In this document: positions 26,655 through 35,452 of the stretch, in pieces
Numbering within the stretch: position 1 is the first letter of the stretch
Layout: each line of letters opens with the position of its first letter
From: an uncultured Candidatus Saccharibacteria bacterium
Lineage (GTDB): Bacteria; Patescibacteriota; Saccharimonadia; Saccharimonadales; Saccharimonadaceae
DNA: 64,000 nucleotides
Reading direction: 5' to 3'
Assembly: GCA_963528915.1 (NCBI GenBank)
Contig: CAURWV010000003.1
Coordinates: 24,269-88,268, forward strand
Position numbers and translations under genes: made by a program
Notes under the pieces: model-generated
What the model saw: the letters and a program-made list of their open reading frames with translations, nothing else
The model's database searches: none
Told to the model about the DNA's origin: nothing

Positions 26655-27715
26655 GATAAACCTTCCAGAATTGATTCTAGGTTATTAAACAGCGGTAAAT
26701 TATGTTGTTGGAGCAGTTGGCGAGCTTCGGCTTCATGATTGCCGGTAAGGCGGATAGCAAGCGGTGGTAAATTAGGAATTTGCTGCCGCGCTTCGACGAT
26801 GGCGCGGGCTACGTCGTCGCAGCGGACGATACCGCCGAATATGTTTATGATAATTGTTTGAACGTTAGGGAATTTGGTAATTTGTTTGAAACAGCTCAAT
26901 ATTTTATCAGAGGTAGCCGTACCGCCGATATCTAGAAAATTAGCAGGGTTTAAGCCGCGCGCTGCGATTGCGTCGACAGTTGCCATAGCTAGACCAGCGC
27001 CGTTAGCGACGGTAGCGATAGTACCGTTTGGGTTGAGAATGACGAGATTGTGATCAGTAGAGTTATCTTCGAATTGCCATTCGGGATGGCGAAAAGCCGC
27101 TGCATCGTCGACGGTAATTTTGGCATCGCCAGCGATTAACTTGCCGTTTTTAGTAAGAACTAACGGGTTAATTTCGAGCATTAGACAATCGTTGTTTATG
27201 AAACAACGGTAAGCGTTTTGGATAATGTCTTGCAGTAAAAAAGTTTTGCTGGCAATATCAAAATAGTCAGCTAGTTCATCAGCTAAAAACTCAAAGCTGC
27301 TACTAGAAGTTTCGCTAATGTCTCGCCGAAAGAAGTCTTTGGTGTCTTGATCTTCAATATCAACGCCGCCACCAGTATGTGCTAGCAGCTCAATTGCTGC
27401 TGTTTCGCGATTGATGGTCAGCGAAAAATAGAATTCGCGGTCGATATCTAACATTTCCTCGGCGAGCAGTTTATTTGGCAAAAAACCTTTAATCTCTAGA
27501 TCAAAAATTGCTTGAGCGGCTGGCTCTATTTCTACTTGCTGGCGGATTATGCGCACGCCTCCTAACTTGCCGCGGCCGCCGACGGGAACTTGCGATTTTA
27601 GGACAGCCGGTGCAGAAATCTCTTGTAATTCGCTATCAGTAAACACTTTGCTGCGCGGAGTTGGTATACCAGATGTCGACAATAAGTTTTTTGCTTCGTA
27701 TTCTAATAGGCGCAT
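26651..27715 (-). CDS. sucC: succinate--CoA ligase subunit beta (ATP-grasp), somewhat short at 354 aa
   Basis: MRLLEYEAKNLL start, ATP-grasp core, and the ligase-CoA domain motifs VANGAGLAMATVD, NFLDIGGTAT and INIFGGIVRCD. TGA stop overlaps the sucD ATG. Confidence 0.85.
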   Translation of the reverse strand: MRLLEYEAKNLLSTSGIPTPRSKVFTDSELQEISAPAVLKSQVPVGGRGKLGGVRIIRQQVEIEPAAQAIFDLEIKGFLPNKLLAEEMLDIDREFYFSLTINRETAAIELLAHTGGGVDIEDQDTKDFFRRDISETSSSSFEFLADELADYFDIASKTFLLQDIIQNAYRCFINNDCLMLEINPLVLTKNGKLIAGDAKITVDDAAAFRHPEWQFEDNSTDHNLVILNPNGTIATVANGAGLAMATVDAIAARGLNPANFLDIGGTATSDKILSCFKQITKFPNVQTIIINIFGGIVRCDDVARAIVEARQQIPNLPPLAIRLTGNHEAEARQLLQQHNLPLFNNLESILEGLS

Positions 27716-27720
27716 ACTGA

Positions 27721-28734
27721 TTAATATTTCCCAGTAAAAAACTTACGGAATTTAATTAATCCAGTTTGGTTTGGCAGCGGCCCATCATGGATAACGCTGC
27801 GGATATAATCAATGGAAGCTTTGCGATTTTTTTGGATGGACCAGCGTTTTTTGTAGGCGGCTGGTTTGCGGATGATTGACGCCAGTATGCCTTTGAAAGC
27901 TGGCCAGCCGTTGCCGTGGCGGATGGCGCTGGCGAAAATTAGCCAGTATGTCAAGAAAAAGCGAATGCCGATATACCAAAAAAGCTGCCTGGGTACGTTT
28001 TTAATAAAGACTAACGGCAAGTTTTTGAAGGTGTTGTAAACGGCTAGACCAGGCACTTTTTTGCTGCTGGCGCCGACTTTGTGGTAGGCGATAGCCTTAG
28101 GTGTGAAACGAACTTTCCAACCAGCTAGTTGGGCGCGGAAGCTCAAATCGACATCTTCGTAATACATGAAAAAATCTTCATCAAACGTATCAATATCGTT
28201 GAATATCGCTGCTCGATAAAGCGCGCCGCCGCCAGTAGCGCCAAAGATTTCGCCAGCCGTAGTTGGCGCGTTGGCGACAGGCTCGTCGCGGTTGCGCGGA
28301 CCGGGCAATCCCCAGGTGGTGTAAATATCACCTGTCGTGTCGAGCGTTTTGCTATTGCGTCGCTGCATGATACCGGTTGCGATACCGCAATACGAGTGAG
28401 TGGAAAGTTCGTTGATAAGGGCGCGGCACCAATTTTTATCGGCAATCGCGTCAGGATTAAGCACGCCGATATATTCATACTCATGTTCTCGCGCGTAAGC
28501 GAGGCCGGTGTTGATACCGCCGGCAAAGCCTAAATTTTTGTCATTTTCGATAATTACACAATCGACAGACGAGTGTGTCTTTTTGTATTCCTTAAACCTA
28601 GCAACTGAATCGTCGCTAGAATTGTTGTCGACGACAATAATTAACGGCTTGAGAGTTTGTTGAGTGAGAGATTCAATACATTCAAGCGCATCGTCGGCGC
28701 CGTTCCAGTTGAGAACTATGATAGCTAACTTCAT
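27721..28734 (-). CDS. GT2 glycosyltransferase (WbbL/rhamnosyltransferase-like)
   Basis: LAIIVLNWNGADD, VVDNNSSDDS, and the FFMYYEDVDLSFR motif typical of this GT2 subgroup. First gene of the minus-strand operon 28734-23340. Confidence 0.85.
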   Translation of the reverse strand: MKLAIIVLNWNGADDALECIESLTQQTLKPLIIVVDNNSSDDSVARFKEYKKTHSSVDCVIIENDKNLGFAGGINTGLAYAREHEYEYIGVLNPDAIADKNWCRALINELSTHSYCGIATGIMQRRNSKTLDTTGDIYTTWGLPGPRNRDEPVANAPTTAGEIFGATGGGALYRAAIFNDIDTFDEDFFMYYEDVDLSFRAQLAGWKVRFTPKAIAYHKVGASSKKVPGLAVYNTFKNLPLVFIKNVPRQLFWYIGIRFFLTYWLIFASAIRHGNGWPAFKGILASIIRKPAAYKKRWSIQKNRKASIDYIRSVIHDGPLPNQTGLIKFRKFFTGKY

Positions 28735-28793
28735 ATGATTATTCTACGCTATTTTACAATAATCTACTATAAACCGTGCACTCTAGATTATCG

Positions 28794-28802
28794 TGGTATA
28801 AT
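28794..28802 (+). promoter_or_regulatory. extended -10 element (TGGTATAAT) upstream of the ABC-exporter operon
   Basis: TGnTATAAT match 16 nt upstream of ATG 28818, in the divergent intergenic region 28735-28817. Motif only. Confidence 0.3.
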
Positions 28803-28817
28803 ATATCATATAACACT

Positions 28818-29627
28818 ATGAGTTTGGAAAATATTGCGAGTAAACGAAATCGTATTTTGCTGCGAGAGCTTGTGATTACAGATTTCAAGTTACGTTATCA
28901 AGGTTCGGCACTGGGTTATCTATGGTCGGTTCTGAAACCGTTATTTTTGTTCGCTATACTGTATGTAGTTTTTGATAAGTTTTTGCGGCTCGGTCGTGAT
29001 ATCGAACACTTTCCTATATATCTTTTGCTTGGAACAGTCCTTTGGCAGTTTTTTACAGAAGCGACAACACAAGGACTTCAGGCTATTATTAATAGGGGCG
29101 ATTTGATTCGTAAAATAAACTTCCCAAAGTATATCATTGTGATTTCGGGTACCATTTCAGCTCTTATTAATCTTATGATTAATATGATTGTTGTAGTGGT
29201 GTTTTGTTTAATTAACGGTGTACACATACGTTTAGAAGCTTTACTTGTGCTTCCGTTGATTATCGAGTTATATATATTTTCGCTGGCGCTTGCCTTTTTC
29301 TTATCGGCAATTAATGTGAAATACCGTGACGTTGGTTATTTGTGGGAGATATTTTTACAAGCAGCGTTTTATGCCACACCTATAATCTATCCATTACAGA
29401 TGGTAGCTAAGCAAATGGCCGGTGCTGAAAAGTGGTTATTGATGAATCCGGTAGCACAAATCATGCAAGATATCCGCTATATGTTGGTTACGAAAGATTC
29501 TATGACGTTGTGGTCGTCAGTATCAGGATGGAAAACTATCATCCCATTTCTAGTAATTGTCTTGGTTGTTGTACTAGGTAGTTATTATTTCAAGAAAAAG
29601 CAGAAGTATTTTGCAGAGGAGATATAA
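28818..29627 (+). CDS. ABC-2 type polysaccharide/teichoic-acid export permease (TagG/Wzm-like)
   Basis: ITDFKLRYQGSALGYLWSVLKPL signature and six TM helices. Preferred ATG is 28818 (MSLENIAS); the track start at 28776 is a GTG lying across the promoter-like element. Confidence 0.85.
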   Translation: MSLENIASKRNRILLRELVITDFKLRYQGSALGYLWSVLKPLFLFAILYVVFDKFLRLGRDIEHFPIYLLLGTVLWQFFTEATTQGLQAIINRGDLIRKINFPKYIIVISGTISALINLMINMIVVVVFCLINGVHIRLEALLVLPLIIELYIFSLALAFFLSAINVKYRDVGYLWEIFLQAAFYATPIIYPLQMVAKQMAGAEKWLLMNPVAQIMQDIRYMLVTKDSMTLWSSVSGWKTIIPFLVIVLVVVLGSYYFKKKQKYFAEEI

Positions 29628-30815
29628 ATGGCTAGTAAAGAAATCGCTATCAAAGTTGAGCATCTCAGAAAATCCTTTCGAATTCCACTAGAATCAAGTA
29701 ATGGTATTAAACAAAAATTGATAAATATATTTAAAGGTCGAAAGGGATATTCCGATTTTACACCTCTCGAAGATATTTCATTTGAAATTGAAAAAGGCGA
29801 TTTCTTTGGTATTGTCGGACGTAATGGTAGTGGTAAGAGTACCCTCTTAAAAACAATAGCCGGGATCTACTCGCCGACAGATGGTTTAGTGCAAGTAAAT
29901 GGCAGCTTAGTGCCATTCATTGAGCTGGGAGTTGGTTTTAATCCGGAGCTAACAGGGCGCGAGAATGTGTTTTTGAATGGTGCACTACTAGGATTTAGCC
30001 ACGATGAGATGGAGGCTATGTATGATGATATTGTAGATTTTGCTGAGCTGCATAATTTCATGGATGAACGTCTCAAAAATTATTCAAGCGGTATGCAAGT
30101 TCGTTTAGCATTCTCTATCGCTATTCGTGCCCAAGGCGATATACTTCTACTCGATGAAGTTCTGGCTGTTGGGGATGAAGCATTTCAACAGAAATGTTTT
30201 ACATATTTTGCCGAGCTGCGTAAGCGTAAATGTACAGTTATTTTAGTAACTCACGACATGGGGGCGGTTCAGCGGTTTTGTACTAAAGCTATGATGATTG
30301 ACAAGGGTAAAATAGTCAAAATTGGCAATACAGCTGAAGTGGCTGGTGAATATCAGCTTTTGAATAATAGGCTAGCTTCTAAAAAGAATAAAAATAAGGA
30401 CAAAGATAGTAAATTTGGCGAAGAAGCAATTGATACAGAAATTTCAATGAATAATACAGGTGATAGCCTAATATTTAATATTGATTTTAAGGCAAAGACG
30501 CTGATTGAGGATGGGGTGGTGACCGTCATGATGAATAATGCTAATGGTGAAGCTATCTATCGCTGGGCTAGTGACGACGATGGATCAAAAGGTTTGATTA
30601 TACGTGAAGGTGAAACCCTTAACCTTAAGCTTGAATTAGAAAATATTTTTCCAGACGGAGAGTTTTCTATACAGCTAGGCGTTAAAAAGCTAGACAGAAG
30701 CAGAAACTATGCTCTATTTAACGAAGCTTTGAAATTTAATCTAATTAATTCAGACATCAAGAAGCGGAACACTCACTGGAAGCCAAAAGAAAAGTTTAGG
30801 ATTAAAAAAGCCTAA
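29628..30815 (+). CDS. ABC exporter ATP-binding protein (TagH/Wzt-like) with a ~145-aa C-terminal extension
   Basis: Walker A GRNGSGKST, signature YSSGMQVRL, Walker B LLLDEVLAVGD. The C-terminal ~145 aa (30375-30812) is a beta-rich extra domain in the position of Wzt carbohydrate-binding modules. Confidence 0.9.
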   Translation: MASKEIAIKVEHLRKSFRIPLESSNGIKQKLINIFKGRKGYSDFTPLEDISFEIEKGDFFGIVGRNGSGKSTLLKTIAGIYSPTDGLVQVNGSLVPFIELGVGFNPELTGRENVFLNGALLGFSHDEMEAMYDDIVDFAELHNFMDERLKNYSSGMQVRLAFSIAIRAQGDILLLDEVLAVGDEAFQQKCFTYFAELRKRKCTVILVTHDMGAVQRFCTKAMMIDKGKIVKIGNTAEVAGEYQLLNNRLASKKNKNKDKDSKFGEEAIDTEISMNNTGDSLIFNIDFKAKTLIEDGVVTVMMNNANGEAIYRWASDDDGSKGLIIREGETLNLKLELENIFPDGEFSIQLGVKKLDRSRNYALFNEALKFNLINSDIKKRNTHWKPKEKFRIKKA

Positions 30816-30816
30816 A

Positions 30817-31935
30817 ATGAAATATGCACTTTATACATATACTACTGAAAACATTGGCGACGATATTCAATCTATTGCAGCCAGGAGATTTTTGCCGACA
30901 GTTGACTATAGGATAGATCGAGATCTGGTGGGTTTATGGAATAATCCTGAACCAACAGAAAAAGTGAAACTGATAACTAACGGATGGTATATGCATAAAC
31001 CGTATGCTTGGCCCGTCAAAGACAAATCTTTGAATCCACTCTATATCTCGCTTTATGTAGAGCAAGAGGATAATAGGGTGGTTAAAGCTTTTCTAACAGA
31101 TGAGAGTAGGCGGAAGCTTAATGCTCATGGGAAAGTTGGCGCTAGAGATGTAGCTACGAAAAAATTTTTTGAATCCCATGGTATTGAAGCTTATCTTTCT
31201 GGTTGTGTTACACTGACCCTTCAAAAAGATGAAAATATAAAAAAACATGATTTTATACTACTTACTGACGTTAGTGAAAAAATCTATAACTATATTAAAA
31301 AAAATACTGACAAAAAAGTTGTGTATTTGAGCAATGTTGTATCAACCAAACAGAATATCGAAGTAAGAGATGAATTGGCGGAACTATACCTTTATTTATA
31401 TCAAAGTGCGACTTGTGTGATTACCGAAAGACTTCATACGGCATTACCATCTTTAGCGCTGGAAACTCCGGTAGTCTTAATTAGAAAAGACAATCCTATT
31501 GGCGGCAACGACTACCGCCTGCGAGGTTTAGGAGAACTAGCTCATTATTTAACAGAGGATGAGTTTTTAGAAGGCAAGGTTTTTGATATAAACAACCCAA
31601 AAGCTAATAAACCTGACTATAAAAAATATCGCCAATCGTTAATCAGAACTTGCTCAGATTTTACTGGCTACAATAATCAACAGTCTTTTTCTAGAAGTGA
31701 AATAGGGTATAAAAGTTTTGATGAGGTATTAGATAGAGTTTATTTCTTATCGCAAATGAATCTTAAACAATTATCCATAGAGACCTCTCTTAATCGATAT
31801 AAGCTGAACCAGATGTCTGATCTAGAGCATGTCGTCGAAGATCAAAAAATAGAACTAAATAAACTAACGGGTGTAAAATTTACAGCAAGAAGATTAGCTG
31901 GTAATATTAAAAGAAGAATATTAAATGGAAAATAA
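30817..31935 (+). CDS. polysaccharide pyruvyl transferase family protein (CsaB/WcaK-like) with a coiled-coil/basic tail
   Basis: NIGDDIQSIAARRFLP at the N-terminus, GARDVATKKFFESHGIEAYLSGCVTLTL, and ITERLHTALPSLALETPVVLI match the PS_pyruv_trans pattern. Confidence 0.7.
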   Translation: MKYALYTYTTENIGDDIQSIAARRFLPTVDYRIDRDLVGLWNNPEPTEKVKLITNGWYMHKPYAWPVKDKSLNPLYISLYVEQEDNRVVKAFLTDESRRKLNAHGKVGARDVATKKFFESHGIEAYLSGCVTLTLQKDENIKKHDFILLTDVSEKIYNYIKKNTDKKVVYLSNVVSTKQNIEVRDELAELYLYLYQSATCVITERLHTALPSLALETPVVLIRKDNPIGGNDYRLRGLGELAHYLTEDEFLEGKVFDINNPKANKPDYKKYRQSLIRTCSDFTGYNNQQSFSRSEIGYKSFDEVLDRVYFLSQMNLKQLSIETSLNRYKLNQMSDLEHVVEDQKIELNKLTGVKFTARRLAGNIKRRILNGK

Positions 31936-33055
31936 TAAGCCATTAGTATCGGCTATTGTCCCGGTGTACAATACACCAGAGGATTATTTATGGAATAGTC
32001 TGGACAGTATTTTAAAGCAAACATATGGTAATCTTGAAGTGCTGATTGTCGATGACGGTAGCAATAATAAATTAGCTAAAGCTTTAGACAAATATCTAGA
32101 AAAAACTACTGAGAATCCCAACCAAAAATGGCAAATTATTCATCAAGAAAATGGCGGGTTATCAAATGCCAGAAACAACGGGTTTCGTAAATGTTCTGGT
32201 GAATATGTACAGTTTTTAGACTCCGATGATCTATTCGATGAAAACCTCATTACTAAAGCGGTGGAGCGCGCTATCGCTACAGATGCCGACGTAGTGGTCG
32301 AGGATTTCAAGATTATCAATGTGTCTAGTAGCAGTGAAATCGCCAGTGTTGTCAGCAAGATTAATCTGCCGGGTCAGCATTTATTCTCCTTGCGGGATAT
32401 AAAATCTTCGCAAATTGGCACAATTCCTTTTAATGTCTGGTCTAAGCTGTTTAAAAAGAGTTTTTTGGATAACAAAGCAATTTTACACGACGAATCTTTA
32501 CATAGAGCTGAAGACGTCTTGTTCTCTTATTCGGTGTTAGCGCAGACTGATAAGATAACTCTTTTGGACGGAGTTTATATTAGCTATTATGAGGCGATTC
32601 CGACAAGTAATAGTGCTCGAAATGACAAATATCCAATCGATTCAATTAAGGCTTGGCAAAAACTTCATGATTTGTTAACAAAGAATGGTGACTATCCAGC
32701 TTACAGAGAATCGTTCGAGAGCGCGCTTATTGGTAGTGTATATTGGCATTTGGAACGACTACATACGACAGAGGGTATTGAAAAATTATGTAAAGAATTT
32801 AAAAAACTAGCCAAAAAGATAAATATTAAAACCAAAGACAGTAACCTGGTTGGCATAACTTTGGCAGCACAGGACGTCGATTTATGGCGAGTATATCGTA
32901 ATATAATGAGCGACTATGTGAATGTACTAGGCATTTTACGAGACCGTGACGCTACAATTATTAAACTAGACAATCAGCAAAATCCTGGTATAAAAGCATC
33001 AAGTAAATTACTAATAAGGGCAATCAAGCGACGTATCGTAAAGATATTTAGTTAA
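31925..33055 (+). CDS. GT2 glycosyltransferase
   Basis: VSAIVPVYNTPEDYL, LIVDDGSNN and LDSDD motifs. Overlaps the upstream gene by 11 nt. Confidence 0.85.
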   Translation: MENNKPLVSAIVPVYNTPEDYLWNSLDSILKQTYGNLEVLIVDDGSNNKLAKALDKYLEKTTENPNQKWQIIHQENGGLSNARNNGFRKCSGEYVQFLDSDDLFDENLITKAVERAIATDADVVVEDFKIINVSSSSEIASVVSKINLPGQHLFSLRDIKSSQIGTIPFNVWSKLFKKSFLDNKAILHDESLHRAEDVLFSYSVLAQTDKITLLDGVYISYYEAIPTSNSARNDKYPIDSIKAWQKLHDLLTKNGDYPAYRESFESALIGSVYWHLERLHTTEGIEKLCKEFKKLAKKINIKTKDSNLVGITLAAQDVDLWRVYRNIMSDYVNVLGILRDRDATIIKLDNQQNPGIKASSKLLIRAIKRRIVKIFS

Positions 33056-34821
33056 TTTTTAAAAACTTCACTAAATGACGAAGCAGTAATAGCACTGCTG
33101 ATCCCTAGATCGGTATCATGTGAAGTTCGATAGTACCATCGATTATTGATGAATATCTTTTCCGAGAGCGACATTACGGTACCTTTAGTAAATGACCCTA
33201 GTGTTTTTGAAGTATAGGGATCGACTTTATAAGAATTCTTGTTTAAGAACATTTTCCGAGGAGTTTCAAACGGTACATAGCAGGCATCGGCGACAGTTCT
33301 ACTGTCAATAAATTTTAGCGAATTTTCATCTTGCTTAGTCTGGTAATACCAGATTCCGTTCACTAAAACTTTTTTAGTTATGTTGAAAGATTTTACAGCT
33401 ATAGTTTCGATGACTTGATTGGTTTGAGGGTTTATTTTTTCAACTGAATGAATATTTATTGGGCAGAAATTACGAGGGTTTTCTAGAGATACTGCTTGGA
33501 AATCGCCTAGAAATTTAGAATGGATACCAACGTTATTGCCACGAGCATGGTCGTATTCGGTTCGATAATACAGATTACCATCGATAGTAATCTGGTCTAC
33601 TACCTTAATAGAGGTACCTTTAAGCAGATTTCCTGCACCTGTTCTGGTGCTTGGAATTGATTTATTGCCGTCATTGGTCACGGTGAGCCACTTCGGAACG
33701 ATTGAAGAGTAAGGTATGTCTCTTAATTGGCTCTGTGGAACCCCCTGAAAAGCGCCTGTATTTCGATCAAACTCAGTCCGTAAATACCAAGTATTATTTA
33801 TCAATATTTTATCAACAAATTTTAGATGTCGACCACGGGCTAATATATCGCCCTGCGGTTTAGCGTTAGATATATCAATTTTTCGGGCGTTATCACTGGA
33901 TATTTCCATCCATCTAGGGATGTCTAGTGATTTAAAACCGCTACTATGCGTACTGCCAAACCACTGACTGAAAAACATAAAGAAATTCCTATTGCCGTAA
34001 GCACCACAAGGAGCGGTGCCTGGGTAATTAGTAAGCGCGCCATCATTTGGCGTGTATGGTGTGTATATGTAAAGACTCAAAGTAGCGATATTTTCGATAT
34101 AAACGCGCTTAGTGCCGCAAGCAGGATTTGGCGAATATTGAATATTATTCCAGCCCAAGCTATAGCGGTAATCGTTTGGGTGTTCGCGATAGTATTTAAG
34201 CTGCCAAGCAGCAAGCTTAATCTGTTTATAGAAACCCGCTTTAGATGCAGTGCAGTTTGCTGAGTGATTAGGTCCGCTGTCCGGGCAGGCGTATCCCATA
34301 GCATACTTATATTGGTATTTTGTCGGCCAGTTATCGCTAGTTAGCGGGCCGAGCGACTCCTTCTTGAGCATAACTAGCAAGACCTGCGGATTAATGCCGT
34401 TCTCTTGAGCAGCATTATAAATAATTTGTGCTGCTGACATACCGCCTGGGAACCAGCCGCCACCTCGTTCAAATGAAGTTTCACCGGTGTGCGGATTTTC
34501 GTGATAGTTGTTGATACAAACGTATGGTGGGCCGACAACTTTGTGCTCGCCGTCTACAAATGTAGTGGGGTTCCAAGTTAAACAATTTGGTATTAACCTA
34601 TTCAAAAAATCTTGTATCTGTTGTGCGCTCATGGCGTTTTTGTTATAAAAAACATAATCACTAATTATATTGCCAGCTCTGAAATCTCTAGCTGATACAG
34701 CATTGGCGGTATTGCCGCGAATTGCTATATATAACCCGAAACCAGCCGCTGTAATAGACAATACGAAAACAAGAACGACCCTAAATAGGCGACGATCAGT
34801 TAATTTGGAATGAATTTTCAC
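33052..34821 (-). CDS. secreted/anchored protein: conserved N-domain (putative cell-wall glycan hydrolase) plus four ~70-aa SH3b-like repeats
   Basis: N-terminal TM/signal. MSAAQIIYNAAQENGINPQVLLVMLKKESLG resembles glucosaminidase/lysozyme-like substrate-groove motifs. Four repeats are marked by NNTWYLRTEFD, DGNLYYRTEYD, NGIWYYQTKQD and NNRWYYRTSHD. Confidence 0.55.
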   Translation of the reverse strand: MKIHSKLTDRRLFRVVLVFVLSITAAGFGLYIAIRGNTANAVSARDFRAGNIISDYVFYNKNAMSAQQIQDFLNRLIPNCLTWNPTTFVDGEHKVVGPPYVCINNYHENPHTGETSFERGGGWFPGGMSAAQIIYNAAQENGINPQVLLVMLKKESLGPLTSDNWPTKYQYKYAMGYACPDSGPNHSANCTASKAGFYKQIKLAAWQLKYYREHPNDYRYSLGWNNIQYSPNPACGTKRVYIENIATLSLYIYTPYTPNDGALTNYPGTAPCGAYGNRNFFMFFSQWFGSTHSSGFKSLDIPRWMEISSDNARKIDISNAKPQGDILARGRHLKFVDKILINNTWYLRTEFDRNTGAFQGVPQSQLRDIPYSSIVPKWLTVTNDGNKSIPSTRTGAGNLLKGTSIKVVDQITIDGNLYYRTEYDHARGNNVGIHSKFLGDFQAVSLENPRNFCPINIHSVEKINPQTNQVIETIAVKSFNITKKVLVNGIWYYQTKQDENSLKFIDSRTVADACYVPFETPRKMFLNKNSYKVDPYTSKTLGSFTKGTVMSLSEKIFINNRWYYRTSHDTDLGISSAITASSFSEVFKN

Positions 34822-35356
34822 TAGATACTCCTTCAGCAGTTGGTGATGAATAATTTAACCTGTATGTCCAGGTTCCAGGCGATAGCTCTGATACAGGGAT
34901 TTTGATAGTTTTACAATCGGCGGTAGTGGCTCCTGGTAGCAGAGTAGTATTTTTTTTGACGGACGACCCCGATGGACCTTTTAATTGAGCATAGCATTCA
35001 CCTTCTGACACCGCGTTATTAATACCACCGCGAATATAAACAGTACTATCAGATACGCTAGCTGAAGTAACGACCGTTACGATCGTTTTGCCAGTTGTTT
35101 TGTCGATAGTCGTTGGTGCTTGCGGGTCAGTGTTGGTAACTGCTTTTTTTTGTTTCGGGTATGCCTTGGAGTCGTTGTTATCTGAAGTTGAATTAACTGA
35201 CGACTCGAGGTTATTATTTTTTGGCTCGTCTTTGGCAGGTGATCCTATAGTTGAACTATGATAGGCTGCGAGACCGATAGCCACGATAATAGTTATTATA
35301 AGGATAATAATTAAAATTCTCTTCCTACGACTAGGATTTTTGTTTTTTGTCTTCAT
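34796..35356 (-). CDS. bitopic membrane protein with a small beta-sandwich-like ectodomain, unknown function
   Basis: Basic N-terminus, TM (ILIIILIITIIVAIGLAAY), an S/N/T/P-rich linker, and a ~100-aa domain with two Cys. Overlaps the downstream gene by 26 nt. Confidence 0.55.
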   Translation of the reverse strand: MKTKNKNPSRRKRILIIILIITIIVAIGLAAYHSSTIGSPAKDEPKNNNLESSVNSTSDNNDSKAYPKQKKAVTNTDPQAPTTIDKTTGKTIVTVVTSASVSDSTVYIRGGINNAVSEGECYAQLKGPSGSSVKKNTTLLPGATTADCKTIKIPVSELSPGTWTYRLNYSSPTAEGVSSENSFQIN

Positions 35357-35410
35357 GCTAGTGTTAATTGTAGCACGTATTTGATAAAATAACAGTGTTT
35401 AGCAACTAAT

Positions 35411-35419
35411 TGCTATAAT
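35411..35419 (+). promoter_or_regulatory. extended -10 element (TGCTATAAT)
   Basis: TGnTATAAT match 34 nt upstream of ATG 35453, in a divergent intergenic region. Motif only. Confidence 0.3.
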
Positions 35420-35452
35420 ATAAATATTAGCAACGGAAATTTGGGCAGCTTC

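Noticed and set aside
25794-27715. sucCD as evidence for an operating TCA cycle
   Set aside because: No other TCA gene is in the window, and the pair is embedded in a glycan operon. Pathway-level conclusions need the whole genome, so only the unusual context is reported.
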